This document shows, piece after piece, positions 52,882-64,000 of a DNA stretch of 64,000 nt. How positions within the stretch are numbered: position 1 is the first letter of the stretch; each line of letters starts with the position of its first letter. The notes beneath the pieces are model-generated. The model was not told the DNA's origin. It saw nothing but the letters and a program-made list of their open reading frames with translations, and ran no database searches. This DNA comes from Hyaloraphidium curvatum SAG 235-1 (taxonomy: Eukaryota; Fungi; Monoblepharomycota), in assembly GCA_025558095.1 (NCBI GenBank), contig JAIVFI010000005.1:620001-684000 (forward strand), read 5' to 3'. Made by a program: the position numbers and the translations under genes.

Positions 52882-55108
52882 TCACGGCTGAGCACGGCCC
52901 ATGAACCTCGGGTACAAGCAGACCTCGCGCACAGTGTAGCTGGAAGGCAAGTTAGTCCATCAATAGAGCACGGTGCCTTCCGAGACGCACCGGTTAAGTA
53001 GCCAAGCAAGGAACCGCTCCAAACCCAGGCCGAAGCCACCGTGTTCGCACGTGCCATACTTTCGCTGGTCCGTGAACCAGTAGTACGGCGACGGGTCGAT
53101 CCCCTCCCGCTTGTAGCCCTCCATCAGCTCTTGCTGTTCAGCGAGAGCCATCAGCGGCGCATAAGAGAATGGGCACGACAATACAAACCAAATCGGATAT
53201 CCTCATGCTACCGCCAACAATCTCGCCAACGCCCGGCATGAGCACGTCCACGCTCTCCGTGTACGCCCGGTCTTCCGGGCAGCGCTTCATGTAGAAGCTC
53301 TTGATCTCCACGGGGAAGCGGCAGAGGAAGATGGGCTCGTTGATGGTGTCCGTCATCTTACGCTCCGGCGCCTCTGGAATGTCGTCGCCGATCTCGTAGA
53401 AAGTACCGTCGTCCTTGGTGATGTTGTTCTCCTTCAGCCACTTGATCGCGTCGACGTAGTCCATCCGCTTGAAGGGCCTCTTCAGAGGCTGGAACTTCGG
53501 GTTGAGCTCCCGGACAATCGCCCCATAAGGGCCGCTCAGAATCGTGTCCACGACGTAGCAGATCATGTCCTCCAGAAGAGACAGCAGGTCATCAAAGTTG
53601 ATGAAGGGGCATTCGGCCTCGATGTGGGTATACCTAGGAGAGGCGAATGAGCGCAGCCCACTTTGCCAGCAGATGGTGACTCACTCGGAAAGGTGGCGCC
53701 TCGTGCTGGACTTTTCGGCCCGGAAGCTCTCGGCGATGCAGTACACATCACCAAGAGAAGGCAGGACCGTCTCCAGGTAGAGCTGGCTGCTCTGCGTGAG
53801 GTACGCGGGCTCGCCGTAGTACTGGAAAGAAAAGAGGGTGGATCCGCCCTCCACCTGCGTCTGGACCATGAGCGGCGGGGTGACCTCGAAGAAGCCGCGT
53901 CCGTCGAAGAAGTCCCGGAAAGCGCGGACGACGCCGTGCCGTGCCTTCAGGATGCTCGAAGTGGTTTCCCCCCGAAGGACGAGGTGCCGCTGGTCGTACA
54001 AAACGTCGGGGTTTGCGTCCTAGAGCGGCAAGATCAGGAGCCCGGACATCCAGACAGCATCTCCCCTTCCTACCGCGTTCAGTTTGTTGTTGAAGGCGTC
54101 GTCTCCCGCAGGCGAGAGACCGACGGCTTCCCAGTAGTCCACCTGGAGCTCATGTCCGCCCGGTGCCGTCTTCCCTTCCGGGACGGCCTTGAGCACGCCG
54201 TACAAGTTCACGGTGGACTCGACGGTGAGCATGAGCGCCTCGTACGTGTGGCACTATCGGGCTTGACATCAGAACGCGATCGAAAAGAAACGCCTGTCTT
54301 TACGACACTCACCAGCTTGCCGTTGAGCACGCACTGGAGGTAGCCGCTTCCATCACGCAGGACAATGAACATGAGGTCCTTGCCCTGGCGCCGGAGCCGG
54401 TGGACCCAGCCGCCAATAACCACACGCTTGTCACGGTGCTGGGCACCGTCGCGAATTTTTATCTGCGAACGCAAAGACTGAGTGACCGTTCCGCTTCGGA
54501 GTCGCCGTCCACGAGCCAAGTGTTCGTAGCCAAGGGTCGTTTGAATCTCCCCACCCGTTTCCCTTACGCCCGTTTGTGACTTCCGCCTCCTTGGCGGAGT
54601 AAAGCACAGGCGTAATGAATAAAGTGGGTTGTGCCTCCGATGACGGAGCTTTGGGATAGGTCCCTCCTCTACTGCCCACCTTCGTCGCCGCTGGCAGAGA
54701 CGGGTCCTGTTCCAGCTTGATCTTCTTGCTCTCCTCGAGCTTCCTCTTCTCTTCCTCCTCGGCCTTGAGCTTGTCGTCGCCCAGTTTCTTGGCGGCCTCC
54801 TCGGCCTTCTTCTTCTTGGCCGCGTTCACCTCGTAGCCCTTCCGCGCCTTCTTCAAGCCGGCGCCCGAAATGTCCTGCCATTCCGCCGGCGCACCGCCCT
54901 CGCCCGGTTTCCGGACCTTGATGGCGACGTTGGCCCCCGAGACGCGCTCGATGGCGGCCACGGCGGACTTCAGCGGCGCGCCCTCGGTTCCATCGCCGGT
55001 CTCGTCCGAGCCAGCGGTCTCGTCGACGTAGAGCGTCGCAGCAGGAGCCGCATCGTCGGTGGAGGCCTTGCTGGCCTCGCCCACTACCGCGTCAGTCGCC
55101 CCGCTCAT
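52882..55108 (-). CDS. NARS1: cytosolic asparaginyl-tRNA synthetase, multi-intron
   Basis: [14 protein letters not shown]-domain, [72 protein letters not shown] and LYPRF. Confidence 0.95.
54480..54630 (-). ncRNA. candidate intronic H/ACA snoRNA (snR8/SNORA56-like guide for LSU Psi960) in NARS intron 1
   Basis: The 217-nt intron (54463-54679) folds as CCCACUU/GGGUGGG lower stem, UUACGCC/GGCGUAA upper stem and UCCGCC/GGCGGA apex. Pocket strands GGGAAAC and UUAUUC are complementary to conserved LSU GUUUCCC-U-CA-GGAUAG. AGA lies 15 nt downstream of the upper stem. The boxes are non-canonical. Confidence 0.6.
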
Positions 55109-55288
55109 TTTGTTGTTGGCGGTGGAGGAGCCGAGCCCGGCCCAAGCCGAGCCGCATTCGTCGATCGACCGCGGTGCTGGAGATCATCATCTTCCACGTC
55201 CAAGCGAAAGCTATCGATCATCACCGTACGTAACAACGACATACATCAATGGCATTGCGTGCGCTGGACACGCGGCAAGGACCGGCGC

Positions 55289-56391
55289 CTAGTCTCGCCT
55301 CCTATCAAAGAGTCCAAGCTTCGGCAGCCACGAGCCGCCGACCCCGGATGCCGGCTCGGGCGCGTGATCGGCGGGCGCCCGATCCGACCCGCGTCTCCGT
55401 CCCTTGTCCTGCTTCTGCTTCTGCTTGATCGGTGGCCGCTTGTCCACGAGGAAAACGCGCTTCGAGGGCAGGCCGTCCCCGGGGGTCTCGAAATACAGGA
55501 CGTACGGCTCCCACTTGCCGTCATCCGACTGGCAGGAAATGATCGGGACCGTCAGTTATGATGGGCAGGGCAACACAAACGAGGAGAGACCCACCAAGTG
55601 CACCTCGGAGTTGACCGCTCCCCGCGCCTTCGACCCTTCGATGTAGAAGCGGATGAACATCTTCTTGCCATCCTCCGTGATTTGGTGGCTGTGACGATAT
55701 CGACCGTCAGTGCCCGTTCCGCGAAAGTCGGGAGAAGCAACCCACTTTACCCGCCGCACGCTCCGAGCCCGCGTTCCGTGCTCGTGGAAGCCCTTCAGTG
55801 GCAATCCGATGAGCTCCTCGACTTCGGGATGCTGCCGAAGCTGCTCCAGCAGGTCGTGGTAGACCTTTGTCGCGCTCGAATCAGAGGTCAGCTCCGACCC
55901 GATCACGTAGAGGATGCCCCCTGGGAGCAGCCGGTAAGCCCAGCTACCGGAAGATCCTCGGCGTAGCTTACCCATGATAAGGACGCCGCCGACAACGAAA
56001 CCCGCGGTGACCAAGGTCTTGCTCGCTTCGACAACTGGACATGGAACGTAAGACCGCGCACCACCCCACCGCAGGAGGCTCGCCACATACGTCGCTCGCC
56101 CCTCGTCATCGTGTTTACTCCCGGTGGCGGCTTGTAGTTGTCCGAGGAGTCGTGCCACGTACCCCGGCCATAGTCTCGCCGAGCCACCGCGAAGCGCGTG
56201 GGATCCGCGCGGGAAAGCACCGGACCCGCCAGGGGCCGAGACGCCGTGGCACACCCTACACAGACGCTCGGGTATGGGGCGGCGGCCGCAGCCCCGGGGA
56301 AGACGACGTTGGGCCGGCTGGTCACGCGGGAAGGCGGGTGAGCTCGCCGCCGCCGCCGCCGCCCGATCCGCTCCCACCGGGCCGCGATCAT
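55289..56391 (-). CDS. TIM21: mitochondrial import inner membrane translocase subunit Tim21, multi-intron
   Basis: Presequence and single TM (AGFVVGGVLIMG-GILYVI.SEL), then V..LIG.PLKGF.E..R..R, MFIRFYIEG..G.V..E and WE..L.F..P..RVFL. Confidence 0.78.
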
Positions 56392-56550
56392 GGGTCGTGC
56401 CGGCATCCTCAGATAGTCCCGACAGGCTGCTAGGCTCCCGTCGGCGCCCGATCGCTGAGCACGCCCGAGCTAGGAGTCCCAAAATGCTTCAAAGCCCTTG
56501 CCTCTCTCTCGACAGACTTTGCCGCCATCCGAGTTGGACGGGATCGCGCC

Positions 56551-57471
56551 ATGGGGAACGTTGTCGGCACCGGCAGCAGCGCGGCGGCGACGCAGCTCGC
56601 GCTGCTGCGGCAACGGACGGAGTCGCTCGTGCCGCAGGACCGCGCGTACCTGCGCGGCGTGTTCGCAAAGTACAGCAAGCCATCGGTCGCGCCGGCCGAC
56701 TACGACGTGCTGGACGAGATCTTCCTGGCCGCCCTGCGCGCCGGCGACTTCCAGCTGGCCGAGCAGGTGCGCGACGTGGTGTTCCAGCGCTTCCCTCCAA
56801 AGGAGTTCCCGCGGTCGGGCCGCATGCAGGTGCTGCTCGACGAGGCAAAGGGCAACTACGGCGACGCGGAGGACGGGACGCGCGCGCTGCTGAAGGCGTC
56901 CGAGGACGCCGACGTCGCGTCGCGGAAGCGCATGGTCGTCCTCGCCGTGGAGCGCGGCCGCAAGCAGGACGCCATCGACATGCTCACCAAGTACGTCGAC
57001 ACGTTCGCCTCGGACGTCGAGGCGTGGAACGAGCTGTGCGCCCTGTACCTGGACGAGCAGATGTACGCGCAGGCGCAGTTCTGCGCCGAGGAGGTGCTGC
57101 TCCTGGATCCCCACTCGCACCTGCCGCACATCCGCCTGGCGGAAATCCTCTTCACCCGCGGGGATTACGCCATGGCCGTGAAGTACTACTGCAGCGCCCT
57201 GGAGCTCTGCCCGGACACGATCAGGGCCCTGTACGGCTTGAAGCAGGCGACTTCGAAGCTGGTGAAGGACTTGGGCGGGCCGACCACGCCCTCGAAAAAG
57301 GGCAGCGAGGGGAGGAAGGAGAAGAAGGGTGCCGACGACGATTCGGACGCGGACAAGGCAAAGTGGTCGGAGCTCAACGCGATTGCAACCGAGAGGCTGC
57401 TGGCCCTCTACAACTCGCGCGGCGGAAAGTCGGTGTCGACGGAGACGGCTAAAGCATGGCTCGAGAGGTAG
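56551..57471 (+). CDS. EMC2: ER membrane protein complex subunit 2 (TPR)
   Basis: RFP..S.R, EAKGNY..A, RKR.V, AI..L.KYVDTF.SD.EAW.EL..LY, A.FC.EE.LL..P, KYYC.ALEL and RALYGL. Confidence 0.88.
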   Translation: MGNVVGTGSSAAATQLALLRQRTESLVPQDRAYLRGVFAKYSKPSVAPADYDVLDEIFLAALRAGDFQLAEQVRDVVFQRFPPKEFPRSGRMQVLLDEAKGNYGDAEDGTRALLKASEDADVASRKRMVVLAVERGRKQDAIDMLTKYVDTFASDVEAWNELCALYLDEQMYAQAQFCAEEVLLLDPHSHLPHIRLAEILFTRGDYAMAVKYYCSALELCPDTIRALYGLKQATSKLVKDLGGPTTPSKKGSEGRKEKKGADDDSDADKAKWSELNAIATERLLALYNSRGGKSVSTETAKAWLER

Positions 57472-57856
57472 TTTTTGGTGTGGTGCAGGCCTCGCTTGAT
57501 GTATTGGGACGAAGTATACCCGGGCCTTGGTCTAGGATGGCTCTTTTGACCTGCGAGGCCCGAGATGAGCCCGACATGCACGAATTCATTCGTGCTGAAG
57601 AGATTACATGTAATCTCTCGATTCGCAGTGCAAGGAGAGGAAGCGCGGAGGGGTCCGTCGATGGGGGCCCGGGACGATCAGCCAGGCTCGCAGTGGTTGC
57701 CGTCGTGTTGGGCTGCCGTCGGCCATAGAGCCGGCGAGGCCCGGGCACCGCGGGTCCTAGCGAGACGGTGCTCTGCCGTTGCTCGCTGCCGACCGCCGCG
57801 GTCGGCGCGGAAAGAGTGGCCCGGGGAGGGACCGGTGACCGCGACGGTTCCGGACG

Positions 57857-59031
57857 ATGAGCGCACCGAAGGAGGAGCGCGAGACCTTCCTGGCGTCGGG
57901 GCCTAGCTCCAGCGACGTCAAGATTCAAATCAAGCCGTTCGAAGCGGCCGTGCGGACCAACACCGGGACGCCATTCTCCGGAGATAACGCCAAGACGGTC
58001 TTCTGGGTCCTGCTCAATATCGTGACCTCGGTGCTCATTGTCACCGTCAACAAATGGTTCGACGCCCTTCCTATCTTTGCGAGGAGGTCCACTGACGCGT
58101 GTTTCTGAAGGGTGTTCACGACGGACAAGTTCAACTTTGGGACCACGCTGACGGTTCTCCACTTCCTCGTGACGACCGTTGGACTGGAAATTCTCGCGCG
58201 CGTCGGCTTCTTCGAGAAAAAGCAGCTGTCGATACCCGGCGTCCTTCCGCTCGCCATTTGCTTCAGCGGCTTCGTGGTCCTGACCAACCTCAGCCTGCAG
58301 CTGAACTCGGTCGGATTCTGTGGGTTCGGCATTCCCGCCGCCGCCGAAGCGCTGACCCGGCACCGCAGACCAATGCGCCAAGGTGCTGACGACGCCCACG
58401 ATCGTCTTTATCCAGCGCGTCTTCTACGGAGTGCAGATGACCTCCCGCATCAAGATCTCCATCGCGATCATCCTGGTCGGCGTGACAATCGCGACGGTCA
58501 CGGACGTGGAGCTCAACTTCTGGGGCACCATCGTGGCGTTTGCGGGCGTGGTCGTGACCAGCCTCTACCAGATCTTCGTCGGGACAAAGCAGAAGGAGCT
58601 CCAGTGCGACGCGCTCCAGCTGCTCTACTACCAGGCGCCCATCTCGGCCGCCACCCTCATCTTTGCCGTGCCCTTTTTCGACGACATGGAGGCCCTGCGC
58701 AACTACGAGTGGAACGCGCAGGCGATCCAGGACATTGTGCTCTCGGCGCTGCTCGCGTTCGGGGTCAACATTTCGATCTACGGCATCATCGGGCGGACGA
58801 GCCCGGTGACCTACAACGTCGTGGGACACTTTAAGACGGCGTGCGGTGAGGCCTGGCTCGTTTGTCTTTGCGATCTTGCGCTCACGCCCGGCCTCGCCAG
58901 TGCTTGTTGTTGGCTTCGTGGTTTTCAAATACCCCGTCTTGTGGAAAAACATACTCGGCATCGTCCTGACGGTCGCGGGCGTCATCGACTACACGCAGGT
59001 GAAGATGGCAGAGACGCCGGCAGCACGATAG
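57857..59031 (+). CDS. nucleotide-sugar transporter (SLC35E3/UXT-like, TPT family), 3 introns
   Basis: NIVTSVLIV.VNKW, TTLTVLHF, FVVLTNLSLQLNSVGF, KVLTTP, YQI.VGTKQKEL, QLLYYQAP and TSPVTYNVVGHFKT. Confidence 0.9.
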
Positions 59032-59277
59032 AATAGATCGAAGCCTCTCGCATGGATCAAGGATGAGGGTCGAATGTGCTTGGAATCCGAGGATTGTGGC
59101 CGAAACTTAGAATGCCGTCCAATTGCTGCCTTGATCCTTGGTGGATTTCTTGTTCCTACGGTAGCATTTCGTTCCGGCGGTGCCAGGTTGATGACTTCGT
59201 CCTCGCGCCAACTTCGTTTCTGTCTCTTGGCTTCCCCCGGCGCATTTGCCCTGCTCCTAGATCTCACGCGGGCGAAG

Positions 59278-61647
59278 ATGGCGCTCAAAATACCCAAAGT
59301 CGGCCTTTCGCAGGTCGGTAGCTGGCGGACGCGCGTCGGGAGGGGAAGCGGCCGGGAAAGGAACGGAACCCCTGGACGAACGACCTCCCGGTCACATCGG
59401 CCCATCGTGCCGCCAGGCCGGACGTGGACTTCGATGCGTAGCAGAGATCCTCTCTGGCCGCGCTCGAATGTAATCTGGGAGCGAACGGGCACTGATCAAG
59501 ACCCCCGGTTTCCCGGGACATGCCTTTGTTTCCACAGATGCTCAAGGATGGGTACAAGGTCCAGCAAGGGCTGGAGGAGGCCGTGTTCCGGAATATCAGC
59601 GCCACCGTGGAACTCGGGAACATTGTGCGGACGTCGTATGGACCGAATGGTGTGTTTCCTGCTCCTTTCCTCCCGGCCAGCTCTGACCGCGGGCAACGCG
59701 CTTGGACGCGCCGCATGCCTTCATCGCGCCTCCAGGCCGGAACAAGATGGTTATCAATCACTTGGAGAAGCTGTTCGTCACGAACGACGCGGCTACCATC
59801 ATCAAGGAGCTCGAGGTCGTCCACCCCGCGGCCAAGATGGTGGTCCTTGCCAGCCAGCAGCAGGAATCGGAGGTCCGTATCTCCCCGCCCAATTGTTTAA
59901 ATGGAGCTGAACGGCCGCCGCGTTTTCGTTGGCAGATGGGCGACGGCACGAACCTCGTCATCGTCCTCGCCACCGAGCTCCTCAACAACGCCGAGTTCCT
60001 CCTTCGGATGGGCCTTCACCCCTCGGAAGTCATCGACGGCTATGATGTGGCTTCGAAGAAGGCGCTGGAGATCCTGGAAGGTGGGCATGAACCGGTGATC
60101 TAGGCATATTGGCGGGATCTAACAATCCATACAATTCACCAGAGCTGGGCACCGTCTCAATTGGTGACCCCAAGGTGGAGGCCAACCTTTTGAAGGTCGT
60201 GAAGCCCGCGGTGGACGCGAAGCAGCACGGTTACGAGGACCTGCTCGCGGGCCTCGTCGTGAAGGCCAGCTTGGAGATCATGCCGAAGAAGCCCGAAAAC
60301 TTCAGCGTGGACTCCATTCGTGTCGTCAAGATCCTTGGTGGGAGTGTGGAGGACACCGCGGTCGTCAAGGGGATGGTGTTTGGCAGGGAGCCCGAGAGTG
60401 AGTTCGATTGCGGAGGAACATGCGCCTTGGCTGAGCTTCGGCGCAGGCACCCTGCAAAAGGTCAGCAAGGCCAAGATCGCCGTCTTTACCTGTCCTCTGG
60501 ACGTGCAAATGACGGAGACCAAGGGGACCGTGCTGATCAAGAACGCCGGGGAGATGCTCAACTTCTCCAAGGGAGAGGAGAGCCAAATGGAGCAGCAGTT
60601 CCGCGAGATTGCCGAGTCGGGGGCAAAAGTGCTGGTGACGGGCAGCTCGGTCGGCGACCTGGCACTCCACTTTATCAACCGGATGGACATGATGGTCGTG
60701 AAGGTACTAAGCAAGTTTGACCTCCGGAGGTTGTGCAAGGTCATCGGTGCCACCGCCCTTACCCGTGTGGGGAAGCCTCTGCCGGAAGAGCTTGGGTACT
60801 GCGACATTGTGGAGACGGTCGAGATTGGTAGCGATCGGTGCACGGTCTTCCGGCAAGGTGTGTTCACTTTTGTCCGCCAAAGTATCTTGTTTCCCTAACG
60901 GCCTCTTCCCTTCACAGAGGACGAGTCGACGCGGACGGCGACGATCGTTGTTCGTGGAGGGACGATGAACCTCCTCGACGACATCGAGCGCGCGATCGAC
61001 GACGGCGTCAACGTCGTCAAGTCCATCTGCAAAGACCAGCGGGTTGTTCCGGGGGCGGGAGCTGTCGAGATCGAGATTGCAAGGCGGCTAGCACAGTTCG
61101 GCGACAAGACGGCGGGCCTGAACCAGTACTCGATCAAGAAGTTTGCCGAGAGCCTCGAAGTGGTGCCGAAGACTCTGGCCGAGAACGCGGGCCTGGACTC
61201 GACGGACGTTATCAGCTCGCTCTATGCCGCGCACCAGAAGGAGGGAGGATCTGGGGTCGGCGTCAACATCGAGGTGAGCAGTCCTCCTTTAAGTCGCTCT
61301 GCATGAAATTTGACAGCCTTTTGCAGTTTGGCAATGAGGAAACCACCATCGACGCCGCTGCTGCGGGCATCTGGGACTCGGTGGCTGTGAAAACGCAGGC
61401 GCTCAAGCTGGCAACACACGCCGCCATGACCATCTTGAGTGTCGACCAGGTAAGTCGCAGCTCGCCCAGGCGACATGAGCCCGTTGTGATTTCTTCGCCT
61501 CCTTCTTCAGATCATCATGAGCAAGCCTGGTGAGTTTAGGAGATTGCGATGCGAATCCGGCGGCTCTGACCCAATCCTCCTTCTGCAGCCGGAGGCCCGA
61601 AGCTTCCCAAAGGCCAAATGGCGGGCGGCGACGACGACGACGACTAG
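59278..61647 (+). CDS. CCT8: T-complex protein 1 subunit theta, multi-intron
   Basis: MALKIPK, GLEEAVFRNI, RTSYGPNG, NKMVINHLEKLFVTNDAATI, GDGTN, VVKILGG, FSKGEE, DDIERAIDDGVN and VDQIIMSKPAGGP. Confidence 0.96.
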
Positions 61648-61940
61648 GTGGACTGCTACTTGCGGCGATTATACCAGCGATACTGGTCTAAATATACCCG
61701 GTTACTGCGTTCCCCGGTCTCAGGTCGGAGTCAAGTGCATTTGCAGGCGGACTACTCGCGAAACGACAAAGAGCTTCACAGTCTATGGACCGCAACAGTT
61801 GCATAAGACTCCATCAGATCATCCATCACACCGAAGCGCTACACTAAACACGTCTCGTCATCTAGGCGCTCCAATCCAATTGTGGATCCATAGGATAGCG
61901 AGTCATGGTTCAAAACAGCCGCATCCATCCCGATGTGCAT

Positions 61941-62537
61941 CTACTGCAAAACGCGCTTCAGCTTCCTGCACCAGCGCGGGAGCCGCAGCTTCCGCGGGCG
62001 GGAAGCCGGCTCGGCCGCGGCCCGACCGACCAACTGTTCCCAGGACCAGGCGGCATTGAGCGCCGGCGTTGCGGGCGCAGCAGCATGCGAGGGCTGTGCG
62101 AAAGTGTCATTGCGGTTGTCCGCGCCCTCGGAGGTGGCGGTCTCCATGAGGTGCACGTCGTCGCCGGCCACGAACGAGAAGGGGTCCGTGGCCCCGAGTC
62201 CGGTGCGCTCGCCGTCCTGGCGGACAGAGTTCTGAGCGCACATCGAGTCGACAGCGCTGAGGCGATTGTCATCGGCTTGCCCGGCGCCGGCGTGGTGCAC
62301 GGCTGCCTGTGCCGTCTCGGAGTGCAGGCTCGCCTGCGAGGCGACCAGCAGCTGCGGGAACGGCTTGAACGGGAGCCGCGGAGCATAAGGGGGCTCATTT
62401 GCGAGGTCCTTGAGGGTGACGGCGGCGACGGCAGCAGAAATGTCCGACGTGAGGTGCAGGTCGTCCCCGGGCACGAAGCTGAACTCCCGGGACCACCACA
62501 GCTGGTGCTGGGGAACAGCGCGGCGCAGCGTGTGCAT
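61941..62537 (-). CDS. hypothetical protein with a duplicated FSFVxGDDxHL motif
   Basis: ORF from ATG 62537. FSFVPGDDLHL and FSFVAGDDVHL copies differ mainly at synonymous sites, which supports coding status. Confidence 0.45.
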   Translation of the reverse strand: MHTLRRAVPQHQLWWSREFSFVPGDDLHLTSDISAAVAAVTLKDLANEPPYAPRLPFKPFPQLLVASQASLHSETAQAAVHHAGAGQADDNRLSAVDSMCAQNSVRQDGERTGLGATDPFSFVAGDDVHLMETATSEGADNRNDTFAQPSHAAAPATPALNAAWSWEQLVGRAAAEPASRPRKLRLPRWCRKLKRVLQ

Positions 62538-63790
62538 TGTCGCGATGCGGTCGAAGCGCAGAAGTCGCGGTAGCTGCCGAAGTCGCCGCGGGAAGGGCGG
62601 GAGTCGGTTGAGTGATAAAAGGAAAAAGGGCAGGCAGGGGTCCAGCGCAAGGTCGCAAGGTCGCTCCAAACTCATCGACCATCGACCCGTCCCTTCGATG
62701 AGTGACACAGAAGACCGAAGGAATGCCAGAGAGATCCGCTTTCGCAAAGTCCGCCCGACTTTCAACCGCGCGGTCTGAGCTTCCTCGGAATGAGCGAGCG
62801 GCGTAGCAGCACCGGCGATCTCCTCTCTCGTTCCGTCATTGAGCCTCATTCAACGGCCAGCAAACGGCCGATTCGAAACTGTCAGCGAAGTTTGTCCAAG
62901 CACGCATCGTCAGCGTTCATCGACTCGAGCGCCACCTCAGCTTGTGGCTTACCTGAACGCCGATTCCTAACGACGCCTCCCCGACGCGTCTCCGTCGTTT
63001 GAATTGCCCATTCTCACGGCCCAATGGCCGCATACACTTCTTTGGACCTCCGTGGCTCGCGGGAATTGGGAAGCGGCCCGCACATCTGGCTCCGGGAGCA
63101 ACTGCCAGGGACGCTCAAAGGCGAAATGCCTGCCGTCTTTCGCCTCCAGACCTTCCTATGCGAAGCTTCATTGCTTCCTTCCTGCCACAATGGTTCCGAT
63201 ACGTGCCTGCGACTTGCCGGAAGGACCTCCACGGACGAACAGTTCCATTCCCCTCGGCTGCGGCGAGAACCACGTTTTCCCGCCGTTGCCGTGCCGAATT
63301 ATCCCCGGAGACCCCATGGAGCAGCCGGAGACCCGGATTTGCTCACTCCCCACCTTGGCTTTGGAGGGAACGGGACGTTGGTGGACCGACGCCGGGCTGG
63401 TGTGTGTCAACACCGTTCACAGATCGGGGTCCCCAAATCTCTGCGGTCGGACGGGCGAAAAGTCGCTGTTTCTCCAGCTCTCTGACATCTTCGGTTTGGC
63501 TGCTTGCCCTTTGCCAGCTTTCGGACCTCGTCTGCCATCTGTTGGTCGCCAGGTGCCCTCTTCGGCCTGCGCGGACAGGAGACTCGTGAGGCACATCCGC
63601 AACTCTCATTGAGCCAACTAGAGGTCTACAGACAACAGCCCTGCATCGTCAACAATCATTCTAGACACAGTCAGGCCACCAGGACCTCGCAAGCCCGTAC
63701 ACGACTTCGCCCATCCCACATCGTCCCCGTCCGCGTGTCCGCTGCCCATCTCGGGCTCCAAGAATAGATAGCATTTGTCACTGGCACAGC

Positions 63791-64000
63791 TCACTGGGCA
63801 CTGCGGCGCCAGAACCGCAGGCGGATGTCTGAGAGGCGCGGGAAGAAGCGGCGGCGGGCCGGCTTCGCCTCGGTGACGGCAGGGATGGCGTCCGGGGCCT
63901 CGGGCTCGGCAGCGGGCTCGGCGGCGGCGACAGGCTCCGAAGCGGGCTCCTCCGCGATGGCTTGCAAAGCAAACATGTCCTTCACCGACTCGGGGCCGAA
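63791..64000 (-). CDS. 3' end of a hypothetical gene continuing beyond the window
   Basis: Open frame to the window edge with a Glu/Ala/Pro linker and Arg-rich terminus RRRFFPRLSDIRLRFWRRSAQ*. Confidence 0.4.
   Translation of the reverse strand, partial: FGPESVKDMFALQAIAEEPASEPVAAAEPAAEPEAPDAIPAVTEAKPARRRFFPRLSDIRLRFWRRSAQ

Noticed and set aside
57857-59031. Nucleotide-sugar transporter as a member of the glyco-cluster
   Set aside because: It is 15 kb away, has introns, is highly conserved and sits among housekeeping genes, so there is no evidence of linkage.
1-64000. CRISPR arrays, rRNA/tRNA genes, transposases, retroelements or prophage
   Set aside because: None were recognised by eye. 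The window is eukaryotic, and no regularly spaced repeats or TE domains were seen.

Overview
This is GC-rich, gene-dense eukaryotic DNA with many short (about 50-70 nt) GT-AG introns and CTGAC-type branch points. The gene content fits an early-diverging fungus (chytrid/monoblepharid-like); this is an inference. About 36 protein-coding loci are recognisable. Conserved housekeeping genes, mostly intron-containing, include a peroxisomal 4CL-like acyl-CoA ligase, PCBD, a PPR protein, SPATA5L1, a CDF zinc transporter, AIM41, Asn-tRNA synthetase, TIM21, EMC2, a nucleotide-sugar transporter and CCT8. The main candidate for an undescribed system lies at 28.4-42.5 kb: seven essentially intron-less genes, each with an N-terminal signal-anchor. 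They encode two DUF5672 proteins (one apparently catalytically dead), an 'HxKG/NFWW' GT-like protein, a FkbM methyltransferase, a GT17 GlcNAc-transferase, a second SAM methyltransferase and a GDS/DxxH O-acetyltransferase, which suggests a secretory-pathway glycan build-and-decorate cluster. Other notable items are an intronic H/ACA snoRNA candidate matching LSU Psi960 inside NARS, a gustatory-receptor-like membrane protein, an intron-less SF1 helicase fused to a degenerate PD-(D/E)xK domain, bacterial-type genes with introns (CBS-pair, YghU GST), an internally deleted P450 pseudogene, and alternating C-rich/G-rich tracts. All family calls come from motif recognition by eye; no searches were run.
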